Source: an uncultured Rhodospirillaceae bacterium
Lineage (GTDB): Bacteria > Pseudomonadota > Alphaproteobacteria > UBA2966
Direction of reading: 5' to 3'
Length of the DNA: 64,000 bases
Assembly: GCA_964343605.1 (NCBI GenBank)
Contig: CAYFKJ010000001.1
Location: forward strand, 959,535-1,023,534
Part shown: piece by piece, positions 56,595-64,000 of the stretch
Layout of the letters: each line of letters begins with the position of its first letter
How positions within the stretch are numbered: position 1 is the first letter of the stretch
Notes under the pieces: model-generated
Seen by the model: only the letters and a program-made list of their open reading frames with translations
The model's database searches: none
What the model was told of the DNA's origin: nothing
Translations under genes and position numbers: made by a program

Positions 56595-57164
56595 CTAATT
56601 CTCGTTTGGTGTGGGGGAGGCGGGTGGGGCCGACGTCCCCAGAACCGAGAGGAAATCAAAAAAGACCAGGACGGCCAGACGCACGACGAACGTGACGTAA
56701 CCGACGAAGAAGGCGAGACGCCCCGGCCACTCCGGCAACTCGAGGTCGCCGAAGAAATAGGCCTCGTCGACCAAAACGTCGCGCAGTTCGACATAGCCGC
56801 CATACATGAAAGGCACGATGACGATAAAGCCGATGACGGAGCTCAGCAGGTTCAACCAGGGTTGGACAATGCCGGGCATCATGCTGGTGAAGACCTCGAC
56901 CATGATGTGCGCCCGCTCCGCCGTGACGCAGGCCAGCGGCAGGATGACGCAACTGATCATCAGCTCCTGGGTGATGACGACGGTGTCGGGGAACGACCAA
57001 CTGAAAAGGGCTCGCGTTAGGACGCTCATGGTGATCAGCACCCCGATGCTGAGGATGCAGACGGCGGACACCACCACCAGCAGATCCTCGAACCGTTTGA
57101 GGAATGTCGGACCGGGGACCGATGGGGCCTGTTGTTCCGAGGGGTCCGGGTTGGCGGTTTTCAT
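56595..57164 (-). CDS. dctQ: TRAP transporter small permease subunit (DctQ family)
   Basis: 189 aa, 4 TM. Located between dctM and the upstream genes. Confidence 0.75.
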   Translation of the reverse strand: MKTANPDPSEQQAPSVPGPTFLKRFEDLLVVVSAVCILSIGVLITMSVLTRALFSWSFPDTVVITQELMISCVILPLACVTAERAHIMVEVFTSMMPGIVQPWLNLLSSVIGFIVIVPFMYGGYVELRDVLVDEAYFFGDLELPEWPGRLAFFVGYVTFVVRLAVLVFFDFLSVLGTSAPPASPTPNEN

Positions 57165-57190
57165 GGCTGTCCCTTTGCTTCCAGGTCCGT

Positions 57191-58243
57191 TCAGGGGGCG
57201 AGCACGACGCGGCCGATGACCTTGCCCGCCCGCAGATCCTCAAGCGCCGCGTTGGCTTCCTGCAGCGGCCTTACTTCATAGGGAATGGGCGGCACCTTGC
57301 CGTCGCGAACCAGCGCCATCAGCTCGTGCATTTCCTCCAGGGTCCCGACGTAGGACCCCATCATGGTGCGCATGGTCAGCGGCAGGGTGGGAAGCGGCAG
57401 CGACAGGGCGTCGCCGAACAATCCGACGCAGATGTAGATGCCGCCCTTCCGCAGACCGTGAAAGCCCAGGTTCGCCGTGCCCGGCGCCCCGACGAAATCG
57501 ATCACGCCGGCAGCCCCCCCGCCGGTGAGATTGCGCAATTGGGAAGCCACGTCGGCGGCTCCGTTGTCGAGGGTCTCAAACGCGCCGGATTGTCGAGCGA
57601 CGGCGCGTTTTTCTTCGTCGATGTCGGCAACGATCACCTTGGCCTCGATCACGGACGCCGCGAGATGGACGGCGGAGAGGCCGACCCCGCCCGCGCCGAT
57701 AATGAGAACGAAGTCGTCCTCCCCGAGGTGCGACAATTTCTTCAGCGCGCTGTAGGCGGTCAGGCCCGAACAGGCATAGGTACAGGCCAATTCCTTCGGC
57801 ACGCCGTCATAAGGGATCAGATACCTGGCGTGCGGCGCGATGACCATTTCGGCAAAGCCGCCGTCGTAGCGCGATCCCAACGTCAACGGCGCGTTGCAGT
57901 ATTGTTCCTCGCCGGCCTTGCAGACGGCGCACTCGCCGCAGCCGACCCAGGGAAATACGATGCGTTTGTCGCCGACCTCGACGCCCTCGGCATCCGGCCC
58001 CAGGGCCGCCACCTCGCCGACGATTTCATGACCCATGGTAAAGGGGAGTTCGATGCCCCTGCCGGCGAGCTCAATACGGGCGCCACCGCCGAGGTCGAAG
58101 TAGCCGTCCCAGATATGCAGATCGCTGTGACAGACGCCGCAGGCCTCGATCTTGATCAGGACCTCGCTGCCCTTCGGCTCAGGCGCCGGGCCCTCCCGGC
58201 CTTCCAGCGGCTGGCCGAATTCAACGACTTGCTGGCTGTGCAT
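57191..58243 (-). CDS. Zinc-dependent alcohol dehydrogenase (MDR superfamily)
   Basis: GVCHSDLH catalytic-zinc motif. Structural-zinc Cys cluster (CGECAVCKAGEEQYC). GxGxxG Rossmann (IIGAGGVG). Confidence 0.88.
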   Translation of the reverse strand: MHSQQVVEFGQPLEGREGPAPEPKGSEVLIKIEACGVCHSDLHIWDGYFDLGGGARIELAGRGIELPFTMGHEIVGEVAALGPDAEGVEVGDKRIVFPWVGCGECAVCKAGEEQYCNAPLTLGSRYDGGFAEMVIAPHARYLIPYDGVPKELACTYACSGLTAYSALKKLSHLGEDDFVLIIGAGGVGLSAVHLAASVIEAKVIVADIDEEKRAVARQSGAFETLDNGAADVASQLRNLTGGGAAGVIDFVGAPGTANLGFHGLRKGGIYICVGLFGDALSLPLPTLPLTMRTMMGSYVGTLEEMHELMALVRDGKVPPIPYEVRPLQEANAALEDLRAGKVIGRVVLAP

Positions 58244-58376
58244 GTCCCCTACCCACCGACGAAGTGAAGATTATGTTTGCCGACCCGTTTCGGAAACGCG
58301 GAGGGGATCGCAGAAATCCCCTCCGCGGCCCGCGGTCCCGCAGGACCGGTTACGCGGTTACCACGCTGAATTCCGA

Positions 58377-59453
58377 CTAACGCGTCCAGGGATAGCCCTT
58401 CGCCTTGCGCTCGTCGTCGTACTTCTTCAGGAGCGCGAGGTAGTCGTTGCGCAAACCGTCGGCGTCGATACCCGCCGCCAATGCCTTCTTTTTCCAGTCC
58501 TCGAGATACGGCCCACTTGCGTCGATCAGCTTGGTGCGTTCTGCATCCGGGAACTGGTGGATGTTGACCTTGTTGCCTTCGATCCCGGCGGCCAGATCCA
58601 TGAGAGCCTTCTGATTGCCGTTCGTGATGATCTCGGCATACTTGTCGATGAAATCTGAACCGATCTGCGTCACAATCTTCTTGTGCTCGTCACTGAGGGC
58701 GTTCCAGGTATCCTTGTTCATGGCGTAGGTGAGACCCATGAGTGCGCCCCAGTTCAGCAGGGTCATTTCCTTGGCGACTTCCTGGATCTTCACGGCCGGC
58801 ACGAAGTAGCTGTAAATCTGCGTGCAATTGATCAGACCGGTGTCGAGCCCGGAGTAGGCCTTGTAGGCGGTTATGCGAACCGGCGTCGCGCCGAGATCCT
58901 TGAACACCTTGCCGTAGAGACCGACACCCCGGACCTTGATGCCCTTGATATCGGCAACGCTCAGGATCGGTTTGTCCTTGCAGATAATCTGGATTTCGGT
59001 GGTCGTGAAATTGGTGATGTAGTGCAGGTTCAGCTTGTCGAACTCGGCGATCAGATCCTTGTTGGTGCTCGCCAGTTCGTAAACCGCGCGCGTACCGACC
59101 CAGGGATCGGAATATTGCGTCGGCAAATCGACCAGCAGGTAGCCCGGATGAAGCTTCGGATTGTAGACGCCGATGATGGCGCCCATGTCCGCGGCGCCGG
59201 CGCCGACGCCCTTGGTCGCCGCTTTGGCCTTCAGGAGGGCGCCGCCCCAATGGAATTCGATCTTCAATTCGCCGTTGGTGCGCTTGTCGAGTTCTGCCGC
59301 AAGCCAGTTGGAAGCCTGCGCGCGGGCGCCCTTGTTGGGGCTGGCGTCAGAAAAGGTCAGGATCTTACCGGCCTGTGCCGGTAGTGCCAGGGCCACGGAC
59401 AGCAATCCCGCAGCGATAATATTCCGGCCTAATGCTAATCGTTTCATACTCAC
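58377..59453 (-). CDS. dctP: TRAP transporter substrate-binding protein (DctP family)
   Basis: Signal peptide. DctP-type SBP fold. Confidence 0.85.
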   Translation of the reverse strand: MSMKRLALGRNIIAAGLLSVALALPAQAGKILTFSDASPNKGARAQASNWLAAELDKRTNGELKIEFHWGGALLKAKAATKGVGAGAADMGAIIGVYNPKLHPGYLLVDLPTQYSDPWVGTRAVYELASTNKDLIAEFDKLNLHYITNFTTTEIQIICKDKPILSVADIKGIKVRGVGLYGKVFKDLGATPVRITAYKAYSGLDTGLINCTQIYSYFVPAVKIQEVAKEMTLLNWGALMGLTYAMNKDTWNALSDEHKKIVTQIGSDFIDKYAEIITNGNQKALMDLAAGIEGNKVNIHQFPDAERTKLIDASGPYLEDWKKKALAAGIDADGLRNDYLALLKKYDDERKAKGYPWTR

Positions 59454-59575
59454 TTCTCCCAGTTTGAAGCTGTTGATAAATCTGTTTCGCTTACCTCGCG
59501 ATTTTGAAACGCCGATTTTTTCATCGGACTTGTTCTTGATCGAAACGCTTAACTCAACTCGTTGACTAAGTGACG

Positions 59576-60367
59576 CTAACCCGCCGTGCGGTCCTCCTTG
59601 TGCCCGAGAACGTTTGAGATGGCCTTGCCCGCCTTGACGGCGGTGTCGCGGAAGCGGGCCTCTTCCTGCAGTCCCCGGGACAGCGGCACCCCGATGGCGA
59701 GAGCCGCCACCATGTTCCCTTCCGAATTGAAAATCGGGGCTGCGAACCCGGCAACGTCGGCGGAAAAATCACCCAGCGTAACGGACACGCCGGATTGGCG
59801 GATTTCGTTCAGCAGGTTTTCGAGGGCCGCGCGCTCCGTAATGGTTTTCTCGGTCACCCGCTCCAATTCGACGCTGTCGAAATAGGCCTGACGCAACGAT
59901 TCCGATTGGTGAGCCAGGAACAGCCGACCGCACGAGGTGGCGTAAAGCGTGCGCCGCGAGCCGATGGGTACGGAATATCGAACGGATTTCGGAGATTCCA
60001 CGATATCGACGTAGCTAAAGTGCCGGAGATCGGAATCCAGCGTCGCCAGAAGCACCGTTTCGCCGCAGGATTCCATGGCCTTTTCGAGATAGGGCCGGGC
60101 GATCTGGCGAATTGTCCGGCCGGCCAGAATGACGGACGCCAGCGAATACGATTCGGCCCCTAGGGAATAAAGCGATCCCGTACGCTTGAGATACCCTTGC
60201 TCCGTCAGCGCTTTCAAGGTCGACGACAGGGAACTCTTGGGAACGTCCAGGCTGGTGGCGACGGCAGACAAGTTCAAACCCTGGGTTTCCTCCGCAAGCA
60301 AACGCAGCAGCGCGAATGCGCGGGGCAGCACCATGGGGCCGTCTGTGCGTGTGGTTGCGTTTGCCAA
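59576..60367 (-). CDS. IclR family transcriptional regulator
   Basis: N-terminal wHTH (LNLSAVATSLDVPKSSLSSTLKALTEQGYL). C-terminal IclR effector domain. Confidence 0.85.
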   Translation of the reverse strand: MANATTRTDGPMVLPRAFALLRLLAEETQGLNLSAVATSLDVPKSSLSSTLKALTEQGYLKRTGSLYSLGAESYSLASVILAGRTIRQIARPYLEKAMESCGETVLLATLDSDLRHFSYVDIVESPKSVRYSVPIGSRRTLYATSCGRLFLAHQSESLRQAYFDSVELERVTEKTITERAALENLLNEIRQSGVSVTLGDFSADVAGFAAPIFNSEGNMVAALAIGVPLSRGLQEEARFRDTAVKAGKAISNVLGHKEDRTAG

Positions 60368-60422
60368 TTCAAAACCTAACGTTATCGTTCGTATTTACGT
60401 AATCATTCCATTTATTCGAATT

Positions 60423-60449
60423 ATTTTACCGCTGTGCCCCGGTTTGTCA
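60423..60449 (-). promoter_or_regulatory. Candidate sigma70-type promoter for IclR gene (TTGACA -35 / TAAAAT -10, 15-nt spacer)
   Basis: Minus-strand TTGACAaaccggggcacagcggTAAAAT, about 55 nt upstream of the IclR start. The spacer is shorter than the optimum, so weak evidence. Confidence 0.3.
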
Positions 60450-60512
60450 AATACCAAGACGCCTTCGCAACGGCAAAAAATTCGCAGTTTTCTGCTGTTT
60501 TTTGGTGATCCG

Positions 60513-61304
60513 TCATGACGCCAGTACCGCTTGCAGCCGCATGGGGTCCATCGTCAGTGCGGCCCCCCCATCGGCGGGCAGCAAGACGCCCGTGACGTAG
60601 CTCGCCATATCCGAAGCCAGGAACATGCAGACGTTGCCCACGTCCCGCCAGACGCCCAATCGGCGCAAGGGGATGGAGGCCGCCTTGGCCTCGAGCTGCT
60701 CCTCGGTGGTGTAGAGGCGCTCCATGCCGCCGGAATTCCGGATCGGGCCCGGCGCCACCGAGTTGACCCGTATGCCCTCAGGCCCCCATTCCATGGCCAG
60801 GGTGCGGGTGATCATGTCGACGCCCGCCTTGGCGGCGCAGACGTGGGACTGGCCGTACAGCGGCACGTAGGATTGGGCGGCGGAAATGTTGATGACCGAG
60901 GCGCCGGGTTTCCTGAGATAGGGATAGGCAGCCGTCATGACGTGGTGCGTGCCCAGGACGTCGATCTCCATCACCGCCCGGAAGCCGTTCGAGGAAATGT
61001 CGTTGGCGCGGGCGGGAAAATTGCCGGCGGCGCCCGAGACCACGACGTCCAGTTCGCCGAACGCCTCGGCACACTGCGCGAAGGCCGACTTCACGGCCTC
61101 CGCATCGCGCACGTCGACGGTGCAGCCCGCGACCTCGCCGCCCTGTTCGGCCAGCAATTCGAGGGCAGCGTCGACCTTGTCCCGGCTGCGGGAAAACACG
61201 AAGACCGAGGCCCCGGCCGCGGCGAAACACTCCGCCACGCCGAGATTGATGCCGTTGGTGCCGCCGGCGACGACGACGTTCTTGCCGGTAAAGTCGAAGC
61301 CCAT
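60513..61304 (-). CDS. SDR-family short-chain dehydrogenase/reductase
   Basis: GKNVVVAGGTNGINLG (TGxxxGxG). Catalytic YxxxK region. Confidence 0.88.
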   Translation of the reverse strand: MGFDFTGKNVVVAGGTNGINLGVAECFAAAGASVFVFSRSRDKVDAALELLAEQGGEVAGCTVDVRDAEAVKSAFAQCAEAFGELDVVVSGAAGNFPARANDISSNGFRAVMEIDVLGTHHVMTAAYPYLRKPGASVINISAAQSYVPLYGQSHVCAAKAGVDMITRTLAMEWGPEGIRVNSVAPGPIRNSGGMERLYTTEEQLEAKAASIPLRRLGVWRDVGNVCMFLASDMASYVTGVLLPADGGAALTMDPMRLQAVLAS

Positions 61305-61322
61305 GGTTCCCCCCCGGCCCGA

Positions 61323-62120
61323 TCAATTGCCCTTGAATTCAGGTTTGCGTTTTTCCAGAAAGGCCGTGACGCCCTCCGCCCAGTCGTTGGTGGCGGCGCA
61401 GCGGCCGAAGCTTTCGGCCTCCATGGCAAGCTGCGATTCGAAGGTATTGGCGTGGGAGGCGTACATCAGGCGCTTGATGTTGCCGAGCGAGACGGTGGGA
61501 CCGTCGGCCAATCGCCTCGCCAGTTTGGCGGTTTCCGCTTCGATGTCCGCCGCTGGTACGACCCAATTCACAAGCCCCAGTTCCTTGGCCTCGTGGACGT
61601 CGAAGGTGTCGCCCAGCATCGCCAGCTCCATGGCCTTGCGCACGCCGACGATGCGCGGCATGTGATAGGAGCCCGTGCCGTCCGGACTGGCGCCGATGGC
61701 GACATAGGAGAACTTGAAGTAGGCGTCGTCGGCGGCGATGGCCAGATCGCAGGCCATCATGAAAGACAGCCCGGCGCCCGCCGCCGCCCCCTCGACACTG
61801 GCGATGGTCGGCTTCTGCATGCGCCGGAGCGACATCATCATGGGATGCAGGCCGTGCACCCGGCGCTCGAACGCCTGCTGGCGCTCCAACGGCGTCATCT
61901 TGAGGTAGTCGTTGAAGTTCTTGATGTCGCCGCCGGCCATGAAGTGCCCGCCGGCGCCACGCAGCACAAGGCAGCGGATGTCGTCGTCGTGCTCGATGTC
62001 GTCGACGGCATCGAACATGGCCGTCCGCATCTCGATGGAAAGAGCGTTACGGACCTTGGGCCGGTTCATCGTCAAGGTGGCGATGCCGTCCTCCTTGGTG
62101 ACGAGCAGATGATCGGTCAT
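61323..62120 (-). CDS. Enoyl-CoA hydratase/isomerase (crotonase fold)
   Basis: 265 aa. IASVEGAAAGAGLSFMMACDLAIA crotonase signature. Confidence 0.88.
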   Translation of the reverse strand: MTDHLLVTKEDGIATLTMNRPKVRNALSIEMRTAMFDAVDDIEHDDDIRCLVLRGAGGHFMAGGDIKNFNDYLKMTPLERQQAFERRVHGLHPMMMSLRRMQKPTIASVEGAAAGAGLSFMMACDLAIAADDAYFKFSYVAIGASPDGTGSYHMPRIVGVRKAMELAMLGDTFDVHEAKELGLVNWVVPAADIEAETAKLARRLADGPTVSLGNIKRLMYASHANTFESQLAMEAESFGRCAATNDWAEGVTAFLEKRKPEFKGN

Positions 62121-62151
62121 TGGTATTCCTCTCTTATTGCTGCCAGCTGAC

Positions 62152-63009
62152 TCACGCGGCCATCAGGCTCGCCTGGCCGCGGTCCAGCACCACTTCGCCG
62201 CGGTCCTCGACGACCACGCGGAAACGCGCGCCGCCGTCCTCGTTCCAGATGTCGATGCGCAAGGTATCACCCGGAAAGACCGGTCGGCTGAACCGGCAGG
62301 CGTAGCCGCCGAAGCGGGCCGGATCACCGCCCGCCATGGTTTCCAACAAAGCGTGGCCGGCAATGCCCATGGTGCAGAGGCCGTGCAGGATGGGCCGGTC
62401 GTAGCCCGCCTTGGCCGCGATCTTGGGCGAAATGTGCAAGGGGTTGTAGTCGCCGCTGAGGCGGTAGATCAGAGCCGCGCGCTTGTCGATGGTCTTGTGG
62501 ATGACGGTGTCGGGATCGCTCTCCGGCACCGCCGTGAGGGGGTCGGGCGTGGTGCCGTGGTCGCCACAGCCGCCGTCCCCCCGGCAGAACCCGCCTGTGA
62601 CGACGCGGCAGATTTCCGCGCCCGTGTCCACGTCACGCAGGGTCTTTTCGTAGTAAACGATGGCGCCCTTCTCGGGCCCCTTGTCGGTGATGCCCACGAC
62701 CCGGTAGCTCGCCCGCACCGTACCGCTGGCGGGCAACGGGCGCGACAGCGTAACGAACTGTTCGGCGTGCAGGAGCCTGACCCAATCGACCTCCAAAACG
62801 GGATCCTGAAGCCAGAAGCCCGGGTGTGCCAGAACGTTGGCGTAGCCCGGCAATGCCGTTATGTCCTGCTCGAAGAGGTATTTGAGTTCGTTCTCGTCCG
62901 TCGGATCGAGACCCAGATTGACGCCCAACGCATAAAGAATGGTATCCCGCTCGGTGAAAGAGCGGTCGGATTCCGGGAAGGCGTAGTTCAGGACTTGGTC
63001 GACATTCAT
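62152..63009 (-). CDS. MaoC-like dehydratase with tandem hot-dog domains
   Basis: 285 aa. C-terminal MaoC domain (GDYNPLHISPKIAAKAGYDRPILHGLCTMG). N-terminal degenerate hot-dog. Confidence 0.75.
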   Translation of the reverse strand: MNVDQVLNYAFPESDRSFTERDTILYALGVNLGLDPTDENELKYLFEQDITALPGYANVLAHPGFWLQDPVLEVDWVRLLHAEQFVTLSRPLPASGTVRASYRVVGITDKGPEKGAIVYYEKTLRDVDTGAEICRVVTGGFCRGDGGCGDHGTTPDPLTAVPESDPDTVIHKTIDKRAALIYRLSGDYNPLHISPKIAAKAGYDRPILHGLCTMGIAGHALLETMAGGDPARFGGYACRFSRPVFPGDTLRIDIWNEDGGARFRVVVEDRGEVVLDRGQASLMAA

Positions 63010-63037
63010 TTAGGCTTTCCTTCGCTGGTTTGGGTCG

Positions 63038-64000
63038 TCAGGCATCCAACCGGCCGATGATCGAAATCCCGGCGATGGAGTTGTAGGGTGCACCGCCGAG
63101 GTTGTGCGTCAGCGCGAGGTCGACGTTGCCTTTCTGACGCTCGCCGGCCCGGCCCTGGAGCTGGTTGTAGTTTTCGTAGACCATGCGCAAGCCGCTGGCG
63201 CCGATGGGGTGGCCGAAGCACTTGAGACCGCCGTCGGTCTGGCACGGCAGATCACCGTCGGCATCGAAGGCGCCGTCGAGCACGTCTTTGACGGCCTGGC
63301 CCTCCTCCGAAACGCCAAGGTCTTCCATGGTCACCAATTCGGTCACCGAAAAACAGTCGTGCACCTGGAAAACGGAAAGCTCCTCGCGCGGTTTTTTGAT
63401 GCCCGCCTCCGCATACGCCGCCTTCGAGGCGATGCGGGTGTTCTCGACGTAACTGCCGTCCCACTTGTCGGTACCCGCCTCGACGCCGGACGACGCGGAA
63501 AGCTGGAGCGATTTGATCGAGACGATATCGTGCTTGCCCATGGTCTTGGCGATCTCGGGCGTCGTCACGATGGCGCAAGCCGCCCCGTCTGACACGCCGC
63601 AACAATCGTAAAGCCCCAGCGGATCGGCGATGATCGGCGCATTGAGAATGGTCTCGAGCGTGACTTCGCGTTGCAGGTGCGCCTTGGGGCTTTTGACGCC
63701 GTTGGCGTGGCTTTTCCAGGAGATATGCGCCATGGCGTCTTTCAGGTCCTTGCGGTCGATGCCGTGCCGCGCCTGGTAGCCCGCCGCCAGTTGAGCGAAC
63801 AGTGCGGGCGCGGAACCGTAGGGCATCCAGAGATCGTTGAGCGTCCCCTTCGGCGCGGTCGGCAGTCCGCCGTAGCCCGTGTCCTTGAGCTTTTCGGCGC
63901 CGATGGCCAGGGCGAAATCCACCACGCCCGCCGCCACGGCATAGGTAGCGCCGCGCAGCGCCTCGGTGCCGGTGGCGCACATATTCTCCACCCGCGTCAC
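63038..64000 (-). CDS. Thiolase-family protein (SCP-x / nonspecific lipid-transfer-protein-type), C-terminal part; N-terminus beyond window
   Basis: Thiolase core with Cys-containing ENMCATGTEA and C-terminal catalytic HNLGG...G region. Gene runs off the 3' window edge. Confidence 0.8.
   Translation of the reverse strand: MTRVENMCATGTEALRGATYAVAAGVVDFALAIGAEKLKDTGYGGLPTAPKGTLNDLWMPYGSAPALFAQLAAGYQARHGIDRKDLKDAMAHISWKSHANGVKSPKAHLQREVTLETILNAPIIADPLGLYDCCGVSDGAACAIVTTPEIAKTMGKHDIVSIKSLQLSASSGVEAGTDKWDGSYVENTRIASKAAYAEAGIKKPREELSVFQVHDCFSVTELVTMEDLGVSEEGQAVKDVLDGAFDADGDLPCQTDGGLKCFGHPIGASGLRMVYENYNQLQGRAGERQKGNVDLALTHNLGGAPYNSIAGISIIGRLDA

Noticed and set aside
60531-62150. 539-aa plus-strand ORF
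   Set aside because: Antisense to the SDR and enoyl-CoA hydratase genes. Arg/Gly/His/Asp-rich.
1-64000. Searched by eye for CRISPR arrays, tRNA/rRNA genes, transposases, integrases and toxin-antitoxin pairs
   Set aside because: No regularly spaced direct repeats with unique spacers were found. No DDE/tyrosine recombinase motifs and no tRNA-like cloverleaf candidates were recognised. The repeats found are REP/MITE-like and a single pair of 33-bp direct repeats.

Overview
This 64 kb window is high-GC (about 65-68% by eye), gene-dense bacterial chromosome with alphaproteobacterial-type proteins. That is suggested by an lspA/DUF3035 lipoprotein pair, a short flagellin, a usg-like gene and many Pro/Ala/Glu-rich linkers. 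I found no rRNA, tRNA, CRISPR array, transposase or integrase.

Gene order, left to right:
- A partial M16 peptidase gene, then a DUF3035 lipoprotein, lspA, ileS and ribF, and a MaoC-like hydratase.
- A cheZ-like phosphatase with a long PAPE-repeat tail, followed by flagellin.
- A CoA-dependent acid-catabolism cluster: MaoC hydratase, ACAD, two family-III CoA-transferases, a second ACAD and an alpha/beta-hydrolase. Next comes a Sel1 repeat protein.
- A sulfur module: a persulfide dioxygenase-rhodanese fusion with an ArsR regulator and an SRPBCC protein.
- An enoyl-CoA hydratase, a YtoQ-family protein, a fatty-acid hydroxylase, a secreted PA14 protein, an EthD-like protein, gdhA and a tandem-DUF427 protein.
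- An accessory-looking island of roughly 27 kb (24.5-51.9 kb) built around cyclic-amide metabolism. It holds a dihydropyrimidinase with a PotABCD-like ABC transporter and a 910-aa flotillin-like protein with an expanded repeat coiled-coil. It also holds two paralogous HyuA/HyuB (ATP-dependent hydantoinase/oxoprolinase family) pairs, each with an isochorismatase-family hydrolase. This resembles the N-methylhydantoinase / N-carbamoylsarcosine amidase steps of creatinine degradation. Between the two pairs sit a COG0523 GTPase, a small CGLCG protein, a CE4/PuuE-like deacetylase, an HMG-CoA-lyase-like gene, a YrdC-like gene, a usg-like gene and a 1-Cys peroxiredoxin.
- An AMP-dependent ligase, an SLC13 transporter, a secreted caspase-like (C14) protein, a TRAP transporter operon with an embedded Zn-alcohol dehydrogenase, and an IclR regulator with a beta-oxidation-like operon (SDR, ECH, double-hotdog MaoC hydratase, SCPx-type thiolase; partial at the 3' edge).

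Two small repeat families stand out. One is a structured palindromic element of about 118 bp, present twice in convergent intergenic regions. The other is a 33-bp AT-rich direct repeat, present twice flanking the HMGL-like/YrdC-like module.

All functional calls rest on motif and family recognition by eye. Nothing was searched against a database.
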